Assembly (NCBI GenBank): GCA_963758635.1
Contig: CAVWWD010000008.1
Location: 448,001-512,000 of the forward strand
Length of the DNA stretch: 64,000 nucleotides
From: an uncultured Candidatus Rokubacteria bacterium
Lineage (GTDB): Bacteria; Methylomirabilota; Methylomirabilia; Rokubacteriales; CSP1-6
Reading direction: 5' to 3'
Made by a program: the position numbers and the translations under genes
The notes under the pieces: model-generated
What the model saw: only the letters and a program-made list of their open reading frames with translations
The model's database searches: none
What the model was told of the DNA's origin: nothing
Shown here: one piece after another, positions 1 to 11,974 of the stretch
Layout: each line of letters opens with the position of its first letter
Position numbering within the stretch: the first letter of the stretch is position 1

Positions 1-1222
1 GGTCATGAACCAGCTCGGCGTGGACGTGCTGACGCCGCACTGGGAGTTCACTCACGGCCTCGATCGGGTCAAGGAGCTGTTCGGCGACCGGGAGCGGCGC
101 GGGCTCTTCGCGGGCGACTTCGTCTGCCACAACTGCCGCGAGCTGAACTGGGACGACCCTGTCTTCCCCCCGTACACGGTGAGGGAGGTCGGCGGCGCCC
201 GGATCGGCGTGATCGGCCAGGCCTTCCCCTACGTGCCCGTCGCCCACCCGCAGCGGATGGTGCCGGGCCTCACGTTCGGCATCCAGGAGGAGCGCGCGCA
301 GCGGCTCGTGCAGGAGCTGCGGGACGATCGCAAGGTGGACGTGGTGGTGCTGCTGAGCCACAACGGCCTCTCCGCCGACCTCAAGATGGCCCGCCGCGTG
401 AAGGGCATCGACGTGGTGCTAGGCGGCCATACCCACGAGGGGCTGCCCGAGCCGCTGATGGTGCGCGGCACGCTGGTGGTGAACTCCGGCGCCCACGGGA
501 AGTTCCTGAGCCGCCTGGACCTCGACGTGCGCCACGGCGCCGTCGCCGCGTGGCGCTACAAGCTCCTGCCCGTGCTCTCGCGGCAGGTTCCCGCGGACCC
601 CGCGATGGCCCGGCTCATCGCCGAGATCCGCGCGCCCTGGGAGACGCGCCTGGCCGAGCGGCTCGCCGTGTCGGAGACCCTCCTCTACCGCCGCGGCCAT
701 TTCAACGGGAGCTTCGACGAGCTCCTGCTCGACGCGCTGGGCAAGCGCCTCGACGCGCCCATCGCCTTCTCGCCGGGGTTCCGCTGGGGGATCACCGTGC
801 TGCCGGGCCAGCCCATCACGCTCGAGGACGTCTACGCCCACACCGGGCTCACGTATCCGAACACGCTCGTGCGCGAGCTGACGGGCGCCGAGATCCACCG
901 GGTGATGGAGGACGTCGCCGACAACCTCTTCCATCCCGACCCCTACTACCGGCAGGGCGGCGACATGCTGCGGGTGGGCGGCCTGACCTACACGATCGAT
1001 CCGCGCCGCACGATGGGGGCGCGCATCACGGACATCCGGCTCGCCGGCCGTCCGCTGTCGCCGACCCAGCGCTACAAGGTGGCGAGCTGGGCGAGCGTGG
1101 GGCCGGAGGCTCCGGGCGCGCCCGCGCCCGAGGTGCTGGCCGCGCACCTGCGCGACCTCGGCCGCGTCAGGATCGACGCGCGGCCCCGCGTCCGCGTGGT
1201 GGGCGTCCCCGCGTCGGGCTGA
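1..1222 (+). CDS. soxB: Thiosulfohydrolase SoxB (5'-nucleotidase family), 5' end outside window
   Basis: Motifs HWEFT, LLSHNG, GGHTHE, LYRRGxFNG, FHPDPYYxQGGDM typical of SoxB; frame is open from the window start. Confidence 0.88.
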   Translation, partial: VMNQLGVDVLTPHWEFTHGLDRVKELFGDRERRGLFAGDFVCHNCRELNWDDPVFPPYTVREVGGARIGVIGQAFPYVPVAHPQRMVPGLTFGIQEERAQRLVQELRDDRKVDVVVLLSHNGLSADLKMARRVKGIDVVLGGHTHEGLPEPLMVRGTLVVNSGAHGKFLSRLDLDVRHGAVAAWRYKLLPVLSRQVPADPAMARLIAEIRAPWETRLAERLAVSETLLYRRGHFNGSFDELLLDALGKRLDAPIAFSPGFRWGITVLPGQPITLEDVYAHTGLTYPNTLVRELTGAEIHRVMEDVADNLFHPDPYYRQGGDMLRVGGLTYTIDPRRTMGARITDIRLAGRPLSPTQRYKVASWASVGPEAPGAPAPEVLAAHLRDLGRVRIDARPRVRVVGVPASG

Positions 1223-1312
1223 TCGCCGTTCCGGGGCCCGGACGCACCACGGGCCACGCCGGGATCCGGCGTGGCCCGTTGATCCGCTGCTGGGTGCGGG
1301 TGTTGCCGCGCC

Positions 1313-1600
1313 TCAGTCCACTTCCTGAACGGACGGCGACGCGCCGCCGATCGTCATCTCCTGCTTCACCTCGACGATGACCTTCTTGCCGTCCTTGACC
1401 TCGTAGGTCACGAGCACGCGGTCGCCCGGCGTCATCTTGGGCTCCTGGCCGCTCTGCAGCCAGAGCTGGGTACCGTCCTCCAGGGTGAACGACTGCGCCG
1501 AGGGGTTGTACGACATGACGGTGCCCGTCATGTCCTCGGCAAGAGCGGGCACGGTGAGCGCCATGGACAGAGCGAACGCGAGCCCCAGTGCCTTCTTCAC
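1313..1600 (-). CDS. Small secreted OB-fold-like protein (DUF1344-like)
   Basis: GTG start with GAGGAG RBS; signal peptide ending ALA; TGTVxSY..FTLEDG...PGDRVLVTYE pattern. Confidence 0.7.
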   Translation of the reverse strand: MKKALGLAFALSMALTVPALAEDMTGTVMSYNPSAQSFTLEDGTQLWLQSGQEPKMTPGDRVLVTYEVKDGKKVIVEVKQEMTIGGASPSVQEVD

Positions 1601-1657
1601 GATGTTTCTCCTCTGTTCGTCCGATCGTTAGGTTTGGATAGTTGCCTCCTTTCTCTG

Positions 1658-1672
1658 GCAATCGCCGTGCCG
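1658..1672 (-). promoter_or_regulatory. Sigma54 (-24/-12) promoter for the 1313-1600 gene
   Basis: Minus strand CGGCACGGCGATTGC matches YGGCACG-N4-TTGC, ~60 bp upstream of start. Confidence 0.7.
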
Positions 1673-1746
1673 GAACAGGAGAATCCGAGATGCGAGGAAT
1701 AACGCAGGCTTACGGAGGGCGATAGCGCCGCTAAGGGCCGCCGCGC

Positions 1747-1781
1747 GTGGCGAAGCGCCTCACCGCGTGGCGATGCGCCAC
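1747..1781. promoter_or_regulatory. Tandem palindromic enhancer (UAS) candidates
   Basis: GTGGCG-AAG-CGCCTC (1747-1761) and GTGGCG-ATG-CGCCAC (1767-1781), 20-bp period, 75-110 bp upstream of the sigma54 site. Confidence 0.55.
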
Positions 1782-1799
1782 ACCGCGCGCTCCGGCCGG

Positions 1800-2551
1800 T
1801 CAGCGCGGCAGGAACTGCTTGAGGTCCGAGTCGCCGAGCGCGCGCAGGATGGTGGCCGCGCCCAGCACCGAGGTCTCCCCGGCCACCGGAAGCTGGATCG
1901 ACCGGTCCTCCATGGTCGGGATCGAGACCTTCGCGGTCCGGTAGCTCTCGACGATCCCGATCAGCTCCCCGCTGCGCGCGTCGAACACGCCGCCGCCGCT
2001 CGAGCCGTAGTTCACGGTGGCGTCGACGAGCGACGGATCGCCGGAGAGCGGGACCTTCCCGATGGCGCCGGCGATCTGGCTCACGATGCCCGACACCACC
2101 GTGAACCGCTGGCCCCACGGGAACGTGACCACGAGGACGGCGTCGCCGAGGCCGGCGGCCTGCTTGAGCCGCGCCGGCGCGACACCGGCGGCCTCCGCCA
2201 CGATCACCGCGAGGTCGTGGTCACGGCTCGCCAGCACGATCTCGCCGAGCACAACGTCCTCGTGCCCGGGCAGCCGCACGTACACGCGCTGCGGGCCCGG
2301 CGGATCCAGGAAGTGGCGGGCGGTGACGATCCACGTGCGGCGGGACCCCCGATCGCTCGCGATCACCACGCCGGAGGCGGCGCGCTGGGCGCCGCCCTCG
2401 CGCTCGGACCGGAGCTGCACGGTGCTCGCCACGATCCGGCCGATGAGCTCCGTCCGGTCGGCGGGCGCCGCCAGCGGCGGGGCGGCGGGCACGCCCGTGC
2501 TGGAGCACGCGGCGGCCAAGGCGAGGACGAGGGCCGCCGCCGCGGCGCGCC

Positions 2552-2555
<4 letters not shown>
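1800..2555 (-). CDS. Trypsin-like serine protease, predicted lipoprotein
   Basis: Lipobox-like LAAAC; catalytic TARH, HDLA, NYGSSGG; ATG overlaps stop of upstream regulator (ATGA). Confidence 0.85.
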
Positions 2556-3909
<1,354 letters not shown>

Positions 3910-3913
<4 letters not shown>

Positions 3914-5465
3914 CGGACCGGGCCCGCCGCGGGCAGGATCACGCGGAACGTGCTGCCCGTGCCTTCCTCGCTCTCGACCTCCATCTGGCCCTTGTGCTCG
4001 CGCACGATCTGGGACGTGATGAAGAGCCCCAGCCCGGTGCCGTGGGGCGGCTCCTTGGTCGAGAAGAACGGCTCGAAGATGCGCTCGCGATCGGCGAGGG
4101 AGACGCCCCGCCCGGTGTCGGCCACCGCGATCTCCACGTCGCCCGCCCGCGCCCGCGTCGTCACCTGGACCCGGCCCCCCGTGGGCGTGGCCGCCATGGC
4201 GTTGGTGAGCAGGTTCAGGATGACCTGCTGGAGCTGGTCGTGCTGGCCGAGCACGGCGGGCAGGGCGGGATCGCCGTTGACCTCGAGGGTGAGGCCGGCG
4301 CTGGCCAGGCCCGGGCGGACGAGGTCGGCGGTGTCCCGGGCCAGGCGCGCGAGGTCCACGGGCCTCGGCTCCGCGGGCACTCGCCGCGTCACGTCGAGGA
4401 GCCGCTCGATGATCTCGATGACGCGCCTGAGCTGGGCCTCGATGATCGTGAGGCGGCGCTCGATGTCCGGCGTCATGACCGACGGGCGGCAGGTCCTTGC
4501 GGAGGAGCTCCAGGTGCCCGGCGACCGAGTGGAGCGGCGTGCCCACCTCGTGCGCCACCTCGGCCATGACGCGTCCGGAGAGCGCGAGGCGCTCGGCGTG
4601 GCCGAGGCGGCGCTGCATCTCGAAGAGCAGCGCGTTGAGCTGCTCCACCTGCCGGTAGCGGCGGTCCAGCTCGTCGGTGGCCCCGGCGATCCGGGTGCGC
4701 AGCTCGTCGTTGAACCGCGCGATGCGCTCGACCATCTCGTTGTAGTGCCGGGCGAGCACGCCGAACTCGTCGCCCGTGGCGACCCAGACCGGCGAGGGAA
4801 CGCCGTCGTCGGCCGCGCGCGACACCGAGTCCATGAAGCGCCGGAGCGGCCGGTCCACGACCAGGTGGATGGCCCCGCTCATGAGCAGGCTCATGAGGGC
4901 CACCGACAGCGCGGTGAGCGCGAAGGCCCAGAAGCGGATGCGCGCGGCGAGCTCGTCGCCCCGCTGCGTCGAGAACTTCACCGCCACCGCCCCCGCGACC
5001 TGGCCCTCCAGCGTGATCGGGGCGAGGATCTCCCAGTGGCGCTCTCCCGCGCCGCCCCTCACGAAGCGCGAGACCAGGCGGCCGGCCCGCACCTCCTCGG
5101 CGTTGTCCCGGGTGAAGGCGAGCAGCGTCTCCGGCCGGCTGCTCGCGACGACCGTCGTGATCTCCTCGGGAGCGAAGGCGATGGACGTCGAGCTGGAGGA
5201 CGGTGCGGCGCAGCTCGATCAGGCGCCCGATCCGCCGCAGGACCGGCTCGGGCTCGAGCGGCGCCCGGTCGCCGATGGAGATCGCCACCTCGCGCGCGTA
5301 GAGGATGGCGCGCGACTTGAAGTCTTCCTCGATGGCGCGGCGGGCGAGCAGGAGGTTCGCCCACGTGAGGCCCGTGGACACCACGACGATGACCAGCGCG
5401 CTCAGGATGATCAGCTTGTGGCGGATCCCGATGCGCATGGCCCGCGCTAGCCGATCCCGCAGCAT
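3910..5465 (-). CDS. Membrane sensor histidine kinase (HAMP-HisKA-HATPase), split by ~2 frameshifts
   Basis: Two TM segments, HAMP (DEFGVLARHYNEM), AHEVGTPL, NLLTNA, DTGRG, GTGLGL spread across three frames; start approximate. Confidence 0.85.
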
Positions 5466-5527
5466 CGGGGACGAGGCGCCGTCCTCGTGAACTCCGCCCC
5501 GTTCTGCGTTATTCGATCGCGCGGGGC

Positions 5528-6553
5528 TCATAGACCTCCGGCCGCCGCCGCCCCTGGTCCCGCCGCGCCGAGCTTCGGGAGCACCCGGTCGGTGAAGAGC
5601 GTGAAGCTCCTGTGGCTGAGGGGCGCGCACATGAGGTAGTCGAGGCCGATCGACTCCCGGAGCTCGGCGATCTTGTCGAGCACGCGCTCGGGCGTGCCGC
5701 GCAGGACCACCTCGTTCATGTAGCGCTCCACGGGGTCAACGTCGGGATTCCAGTGCGGCGGCGGCGGTCCCGCCCGCTTGGTGGGGTTGGCGTAGGACGC
5801 CACCGTCCATGCCGCGCCGGCCCGCGCGACCTCCTCGGCCTCCGCCTCGGTGGCGCCCACCGCGAGCATCCGCGCGGTCGGGATCACCCGGCCCTGCGCG
5901 GGGAACCCGTGCTCGCGGAGCACCTCGTGGTAGTACGCGCGCTTGGCCCCGATGTCGGCGTGCGTCGCGTGCGGGTCCTGCAGGATGTCGTAGCCCTTCT
6001 CCGCGGCGCGGCGGATGGAGTCGCGCGAGGTCGCGGCCAGCCACACCGGCGGGTGCGGCGACTGGAGCGGCTTGGGCAGCACCTCCTGGCCGTCGAAGCT
6101 CCAGAACCGGCCCTGGTACGCGACCCGCTCGTCGCGCCACGCGGCGAGGACGATCTCGACGGCCTCCCGGAAGCGGTCGGAGCTCTCCTCCACGGGCACT
6201 CCGAAGGCCTCGAACTCGGCCCGGTCGAACCCGCGTCCGGCGCCCCAGTTCACCCGGCCGCCGGAGAGCACGTCGATCATGGCGACCTCCTCGGCGAGGC
6301 GGAGAGGGTGGTAGAAGGCCGCCAGGGACACCGCCATGCCGATCCTGAGCCGCCGCGTGCGGGCGGCCACGTGGGCGGCCATGACGTTGATGGACGGGCA
6401 CACGCTGTAGGTGTTGAAGTGGTGCTCGGCGAGCCAGACGCAGTCGTACCCGGACTGGTCCATCACCTCGATGCGGGCGAGCGCCCGATCGTAGACCGCG
6501 GTGAGGGGGACCCGCCGCGACCACGAGAAGAACTGGAGAACGCCGACTCTCAC
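5528..6553 (-). CDS. LLM-class (luciferase-like) flavin-dependent oxidoreductase
   Basis: GYDCVWLAEHHF, HPLRLAEEVAMIDVLSGGRV, PKPLQSPHPPVW. Confidence 0.92.
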   Translation of the reverse strand: MRVGVLQFFSWSRRVPLTAVYDRALARIEVMDQSGYDCVWLAEHHFNTYSVCPSINVMAAHVAARTRRLRIGMAVSLAAFYHPLRLAEEVAMIDVLSGGRVNWGAGRGFDRAEFEAFGVPVEESSDRFREAVEIVLAAWRDERVAYQGRFWSFDGQEVLPKPLQSPHPPVWLAATSRDSIRRAAEKGYDILQDPHATHADIGAKRAYYHEVLREHGFPAQGRVIPTARMLAVGATEAEAEEVARAGAAWTVASYANPTKRAGPPPPHWNPDVDPVERYMNEVVLRGTPERVLDKIAELRESIGLDYLMCAPLSHRSFTLFTDRVLPKLGAAGPGAAAAGGL

Positions 6554-6826
6554 GGCGTCCAGGGTCCCGGCGCTTCGACCATGCGGTCCGTAGCATAGCA
6601 GACGCGCCCTCTCACCATGTGGGGGAGCGGCGCCGCTCCTCCCCCACGCCCCCCCACCACCTTCATCTGCCGGGCTCGGCCAACTGGGATCGTTCACGGT
6701 TGTTCCCGCGGCCCGCCCGAGGACGCAACGCCGGAGACGCAACAGCGGGGTCAGGCACGTGCGTTGCGCGGCGTGTTGCGCGAGTGCCTGACCCCGCGGT
6801 TGCGTGCGGGGCGGGCGCCCTCCGGG

Positions 6827-6855
6827 TTGACCGGGTCCCGACCCCCGCCGATACT
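6827..6855 (+). promoter_or_regulatory. Sigma70-like promoter, probably giving a leaderless mRNA
   Basis: TTGACC-17 nt-GATACT, 7 nt before ATG 6863, no RBS. Confidence 0.5.
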
Positions 6856-6862
6856 CCAGGCC

Positions 6863-7642
6863 ATGGCCGAGTCGGTGCTGGTGGAGCGGCGGGCGCCGCT
6901 CGCGATCGTCACGCTGAACCGTCCGGAGAAGCACAACGCGCTCAGCCTGGAGCTGCTCGGGCGCCTCGAGCAGGCCGTGCGGGGGCTCGGGGAGGATCCG
7001 GACGTCCGGGTGGTGATCCTCCGCGGGAACGATCGCGCGTTCTCCACCGGCATGGACCTCGAGGACATTGCCGACGTCGCCGCGGTGGCCGACACCCAGC
7101 GCGCGCTCGGCGTGTTCCGGGACGCCAACGCCGCGGTCGAGCGCTGCCCGAAGCCCGTGATCGCCGCCATCGCGGGCTGGTGCGTGACCGGCGGGCTCGA
7201 GCTGGCCCTGGCCTGCGACGTGCGCGTCGCCGCCGACACCGCGCGCTTCGGCATCACGAGCGCGCGGATCGGCACGGTGGCGGGCGCGGGCGGCACCCAG
7301 CGCCTGCCCCGGCTCATCGGGCCCGGCCGCGCCAAGGAGATGCTCTTCTCCGCCGAGCCGATCGACGCCGCCGAGGCGCTCCGCATCGGGCTCGTGAACC
7401 GCGTCGTCGCCGCCGGGCAGGAGGTGGAGGCGGCCTGCGCCATGGGCGCCGTGTTCGCGCGGCGAGCGCCGCTTGGCCTGGCCTTCGCGAAGAAGGCGGT
7501 CGACGTGGGCCTCACCATGCCGCTGGACGCCGCGCTCGCGTTCGAGATGGGGCTCACCACGCAGCTGTTCACGACCGAGGACCGGGCCGAGGGGCTCCGC
7601 GCCTTCCGCGAGAAGCGCGAGGCGCGCTTCCGGGGCCGGTGA
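6863..7642 (+). CDS. Enoyl-CoA hydratase/isomerase (crotonase) family protein
   Basis: TLNRPEKHNAL, FSTGMDL, GGLELALACD, GGTQRLPRLIG, EKREARF. Confidence 0.92.
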   Translation: MAESVLVERRAPLAIVTLNRPEKHNALSLELLGRLEQAVRGLGEDPDVRVVILRGNDRAFSTGMDLEDIADVAAVADTQRALGVFRDANAAVERCPKPVIAAIAGWCVTGGLELALACDVRVAADTARFGITSARIGTVAGAGGTQRLPRLIGPGRAKEMLFSAEPIDAAEALRIGLVNRVVAAGQEVEAACAMGAVFARRAPLGLAFAKKAVDVGLTMPLDAALAFEMGLTTQLFTTEDRAEGLRAFREKREARFRGR

Positions 7643-7652
7643 GGACGCGACC

Positions 7653-8402
7653 ATGGACCTGAAGGGGCAGGCGGCGCTGGTCACGGGGGGCGGGCAGGGG
7701 ATCGGCCGGGGCATCGTGCTCGCGCTGGCGGCGGCGGGCGCCGACGTGGCCGTGCTCGACGTGAATCCCGCCGCCGCGGCGGCCACCGCCGCGCTCGTGG
7801 ACGGCAGCGGCGGCCACGGGCTCGCGCTGGAGGCGGACGTGACCGACCTGGGCGCCGTGGAGACCGCCGTCGACGCCGCGGTGCGCGCCCTCGGCCGCCT
7901 CGACGTCCTCGTGAACAACGCGGGCTGGACGCCCAACGAGCCCTTCGTCGACAGCGCGGCCGAGACGTGGCAGAAGATCGTGGCCGTCAACTACACGGGC
8001 GTGCTCAACTGCACGCGGGCCGCGCTCTCCGTGATGGTCCCGGCGGGGCGCGGGCGCATCGTGAGCATCGCCTCGGACGCCGCGCGCGTGGGCACCCCGC
8101 GCGAGGCCGTCTACGCCGGCGCCAAGGCCGCGGTGATCGGCTTCTCGAAGGCGCTCGCCGCCGAGGTCGCGCGTCACGGCATCACCGTGAACGTGGTCTC
8201 GCCCGCCACCGTGGACACGCCACTCGTCCGCGGCATGCTGACCGCCGAGCAGATCGAGCGGCGCGAGAAGGCCAACCCGATGGGCCGCCTCGGACGCCCG
8301 GAGGACGTGGCGGCGGTCGTGCTCTTCTTCGCCTCGCCCGGCGCCGGCTATGTCACCGGCCAGGTGCTGAGCGTCAACGGCGGCGCGGTGCGCGCGGGGT
8401 GA
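7653..8402 (+). CDS. SDR family NAD(P)-dependent oxidoreductase (BadH-like)
   Basis: TGGGQGIG, NNAGW, SDAARVG, YAGAK. Confidence 0.9.
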   Translation: MDLKGQAALVTGGGQGIGRGIVLALAAAGADVAVLDVNPAAAAATAALVDGSGGHGLALEADVTDLGAVETAVDAAVRALGRLDVLVNNAGWTPNEPFVDSAAETWQKIVAVNYTGVLNCTRAALSVMVPAGRGRIVSIASDAARVGTPREAVYAGAKAAVIGFSKALAAEVARHGITVNVVSPATVDTPLVRGMLTAEQIERREKANPMGRLGRPEDVAAVVLFFASPGAGYVTGQVLSVNGGAVRAG

Positions 8403-8447
8403 AGAGCGTGCAAGCTTCGACGCGCGCGCACAGGAGTGAGAGAGGCC

Positions 8448-9801
8448 ATGGACAGCGGCGCCCCGACCCCGGTGATGGACAAGCTGGTGGACTTCGTGCT
8501 CGGCCTCGAGACGGCGGCGCTGCCCGCGCCCGTGGTGGAGGCGGCCACGCGGTCCCTGACCGACTGGCTGGGCGCCGCCATCCGCGGCGCGGCGGAGCCC
8601 CTGGCCGACGCGATCGGGGCGGTGGTCGCGGCGATGGGCGGCGAGCCGCAGGCGACGATCGTGGGCCGGGGCCGGCGCACCAGCGCGCTCCACGCCGCGC
8701 TCGCCAACGGCGCGCAGTCGCACGCGCTGGATTTCGACGACACGCACCTGCCGTCGATCGTCCACGGGGCCGCGCCGGTGGCGCCGGTGGCGCTCGCCCT
8801 GGGCGAGTGGCGGCACGCGGGCGGCGCCGCCGTCCTCGCCGCCTTCGTCGCCGGCTTCGAGGTGGAGACGCGCGTCGGGCGCGTCCTCGGGCGGAAGCTC
8901 GCCGACCGGGGCTGGCACGTCACCGGCCTCCTGGGCCATTTCGGCGCCGCCGCCGCGGCCGGGAAGCTCCTCGGCCTCGACGCCTGCCGGCTCGCGCATG
9001 CCCTCGGCATCGCGGGCACGCAGGCCGCCGGCCTCGAGCAGTCGTTCGGCACCATGTCCAAGCCGCTCCATCCGGGGAAGGCGGCCATGAACGGGCTCCT
9101 CGCCGCGCTGCTCGCGCGCGAGGGCTTCACCGGCCCGACGGCGGTCCTCGACGGCGCCGCCGGCCTGCCCGCGACGTTCCTCGGCGTGACCGACATGGGG
9201 CGCGCGGTGGAGGACCTCGGCAAGCGGTTCGAGATCCTCGACAACAGCACCAAGTTCTACGCGGCGTGCCACCTCACCCACGCCACCATCGACGCGGCCC
9301 GCGCGGTGCGGGCCCGGGTGTCGCCCGATCCTGCGACCGTGGAGGCGGTCCGCTGCGACGTGAACCCGCTGGTCCTGAAAGTGGCCAACCACGTGGGCCC
9401 GCGCACGGGGCTCGAGGCCAAGTTCAGCGTGGCCTACTGCGCGGCGAGCGCCCTCGTCCGCGGCGAGGCGGGCGAGGCGGAGTTCACCGAGGCCCGCGTG
9501 GCCGACCCCGGCCGTCAGCCGCGTGATGGCGCGCGTCACCGCGGCGGCGGACCCCGCGATCCGCGTGGATGCGGCGCGGATCACCGTCCGCCTCACCGAC
9601 GGCCGCGTGCTCGAGGAGCGGGTGGCGGCGGCGCGCGGCACGCCGGACAACCCGCTCACCCGCGAAGAGGTCGAGGCGAAGTTCACGCGGCTGGCCGGCG
9701 TCGTCCTCCCCACGGACCGCGTGGCCCGGCTCGCCGCCGCGCTCCGCCGGCTGCCCGAGGTGGGCGACGTGGCGGAGATCGCCGCGCTCGCCGCGGGCTG
9801 A
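8448..9801 (+). CDS. MmgE/PrpD family protein, frameshift near 9510
   Basis: HALDFDDTH, GWHxTG, SKPLHPG, KFYAACH, EAKFS, then RGTPDNPL in the next frame. Confidence 0.9.
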
Positions 9802-9810
9802 GCCGCGCGC

Positions 9811-10965
9811 ATGCGCTTCGCCTTCAGCGAGACGGAGCGGCTCCTCGCCGAGACGGCGCGGCGGGTCGTGGCCCGCGACGTCGAGCCGGTGCTGGCCGCT
9901 CATCCCGCCGACCGTGCCCTCCCCAAGAGCGCGATGCTCGAGCTGTACCGCGCGGTCGCGGGCCTCGGGTACACCGGCGCGCGCATCCCGGAGGCGGAGG
10001 GCGGCGGCGGCCTCACCCACGTGATGCGCGGCCTCCTCGACGAGACCGTGCCGCCCGTGCTCGGCTTCTCGCTGCTCGGCCACGAGAGCACGGCCAAGCG
10101 CATCCACATGAGCGGCACGCCCGAGCAGAAGGCGCGCTTCCTCCCCGACCTCCTCGCCGGCAAGAAGCTCGCGGGCACCGCGGCGAGCGAGCCCAACGTG
10201 GGCTCCGACCCGCGGGGAATCGAGACCACCGCGGTGCTCGACGGCGAGCACTACGTGCTGAACGGCGCCAAGCTCTGGATCACCAACGGGCCCATCATCG
10301 ACGTGGCGCTGGTGGTGGCGTCGCTCGGCCGCGACGCGGCCGGGAAGAACCTCATCACGCGGTTCGTGGTCGACCGGGAGGAGTCGCCGTTCGAGAGGAA
10401 AGAGATCCCGACGGTGGGGCTCGAGCAGGGGCCCCTCGGCGAGCTCCACTTCCGCGACTGCCGCGTGCCGAAGGCCAACATGCTCGGCGAGCCGGGCGAC
10501 GCCCACCGCGCGCTCACGTTCACCTGGCTCGCCAACCGCCCGGGCATCGGCCTGTTCGGCGTGCACCTCATGCAGAAGGCCCTCGACGCCTCGATCGCGT
10601 ACGCCAAGCAGCGCGTGCAGTTCGGCCAGCCCATCGCGCGCTTCCAGCTCGTGCAGGAGATGCTCGCGGAGATGTCCACGTCGATCGACGTGAGCCGGCT
10701 CCTCTGCTACCGCGCGCTGGCGCTCCTCGACGACGGCGTGTGGTGCCACCGGGAGTCGTCGATGGCCAAGGCCTACGCCACCGAGGCGGCGGTGCGGGTC
10801 ACCAACATGGCCATCCAGCTCCACGGCTCCTACGGGCTCACCCGGGAGGCGCCGCTCGAGCGCTGGGCGCGCGACGCCCGGATGCTGACGCTGCCCGACG
10901 GGACCACGCAGATCCACCAGCTCATCATCGGCCGCGAGCTCGTCGGGCTCCGCGCCTTCGCCTGA
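9811..10965 (+). CDS. Acyl-CoA dehydrogenase family protein
   Basis: SEPNVGSD, LNGAKLWITN, RVQFGQPIARFQLVQ, QLHGSYG, PDGTTQI. Confidence 0.93.
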   Translation: MRFAFSETERLLAETARRVVARDVEPVLAAHPADRALPKSAMLELYRAVAGLGYTGARIPEAEGGGGLTHVMRGLLDETVPPVLGFSLLGHESTAKRIHMSGTPEQKARFLPDLLAGKKLAGTAASEPNVGSDPRGIETTAVLDGEHYVLNGAKLWITNGPIIDVALVVASLGRDAAGKNLITRFVVDREESPFERKEIPTVGLEQGPLGELHFRDCRVPKANMLGEPGDAHRALTFTWLANRPGIGLFGVHLMQKALDASIAYAKQRVQFGQPIARFQLVQEMLAEMSTSIDVSRLLCYRALALLDDGVWCHRESSMAKAYATEAAVRVTNMAIQLHGSYGLTREAPLERWARDARMLTLPDGTTQIHQLIIGRELVGLRAFA

Positions 10966-10999
10966 GCGCCGCGCCGCGGGCCGCCACGGAGGGCCTCGC

Positions 11000-11530
11000 A
11001 TGTCCACGGACGCGACCGATGGGAGCCGCGCGAGCCTCGAGGCGCGGGTCGCCGAGCTGGAGCGCCGTCTCGCCGTGCTGGAGGCGGGGGAGGGCGTGCG
11101 ACGGACGCTCTCCGACTATGCGCGCGCCCTCGACGAGCGGCGGCCCGACCTCCTCGCCGAGATCTTCACCGAGGACTGCCACCTGGTGACCGTGCCCTGG
11201 GGCGCCGACTCGCAGGGGAAGGGCCGCATGCTCCGCGTGTTCGAGCGCTACTGGGCGCGCTTCGCCAACCCGCGCCGGTACTACGCCAACGAGTCGATCG
11301 CGGTGGACGGCGACACGGCCGCCGCGTTCTCGTACTGGCTGGTCACGCAGGAGGACGGCGACCGCTCGATCATCGGCTGGGGCACCTACGACTGGGCGTT
11401 CCGCCGCGAGGGCGAGCGGTGGCGCATCAGCGAGCTGGTGATCCGCGTGCTGACGATGACGCCGCTCGAGCGCGGCTGGGCGCCACCCCGAGCGCATCAT
11501 GTCGCCGTTTCCGCCACGCGCGACGGATGA
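11000..11530 (+). CDS. SnoaL-like / NTF2-family protein
   Basis: LExRLAVLE leader, YARALD, FTED, GTYDWAFRREGERWRI. Confidence 0.8.
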   Translation: MSTDATDGSRASLEARVAELERRLAVLEAGEGVRRTLSDYARALDERRPDLLAEIFTEDCHLVTVPWGADSQGKGRMLRVFERYWARFANPRRYYANESIAVDGDTAAAFSYWLVTQEDGDRSIIGWGTYDWAFRREGERWRISELVIRVLTMTPLERGWAPPRAHHVAVSATRDG

Positions 11531-11662
11531 GCGGGGACGCTGAGGACCGTGCAGACCTCGTAAATCTCGATGGCCCGGCAGCGCAGATCGCGCCCGAGCG
11601 GGTCGCGCCGCCGGGGCAAGTCGCCGGGGAGGGCGGCCGTGCGCCGACGCCCGGGGCGTCGG

Positions 11663-11701
11663 TTGACGAAGCGGACACCTTGGTGCCAGAATGGCGCCAG
11701 A
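11663..11701 (+). promoter_or_regulatory. TA promoter with operator palindromes
   Basis: TTGACG...TG-C-CAGAAT; repeats TGGTGCCAGA (11681) and TGGCGCCAGA (11692) flank the -10. Confidence 0.45.
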
Positions 11702-11716
11702 TCGGAGGCGATCCGG

Positions 11717-11974
11717 ATGCCCGTCAGCCTGTCCGTCAAGAACGCCCCGGAAGAGATCGTCAAGAGGCTCAAGGAGCGTGCGGCCCGTCACCATCGTTCG
11801 CTCCAGGGTGAGCTCATGGCGATCCTCGAGAGCGCGGCGTACGAGGAGCCCCGTCCGTTGACGCCGCGCGACATCCTGGCGCAGGTGCGCACGGCCGGGA
11901 TCTCCACCCCCGCCAGCGCAGCGCGGATCATCCGCGCGGCGCGAGACGGTCGACGTGTCCGTCGCCGTCGTTGA
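11717..11974 (+). CDS. FitA-like ribbon-helix-helix antitoxin
   Basis: MPVSLSVKNAPEEIVKRLKERAARHHRSLQGEL; directly upstream of a PIN toxin; 3' end may be frameshifted. Confidence 0.85.
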   Translation: MPVSLSVKNAPEEIVKRLKERAARHHRSLQGELMAILESAAYEEPRPLTPRDILAQVRTAGISTPASAARIIRAARDGRRVRRRR

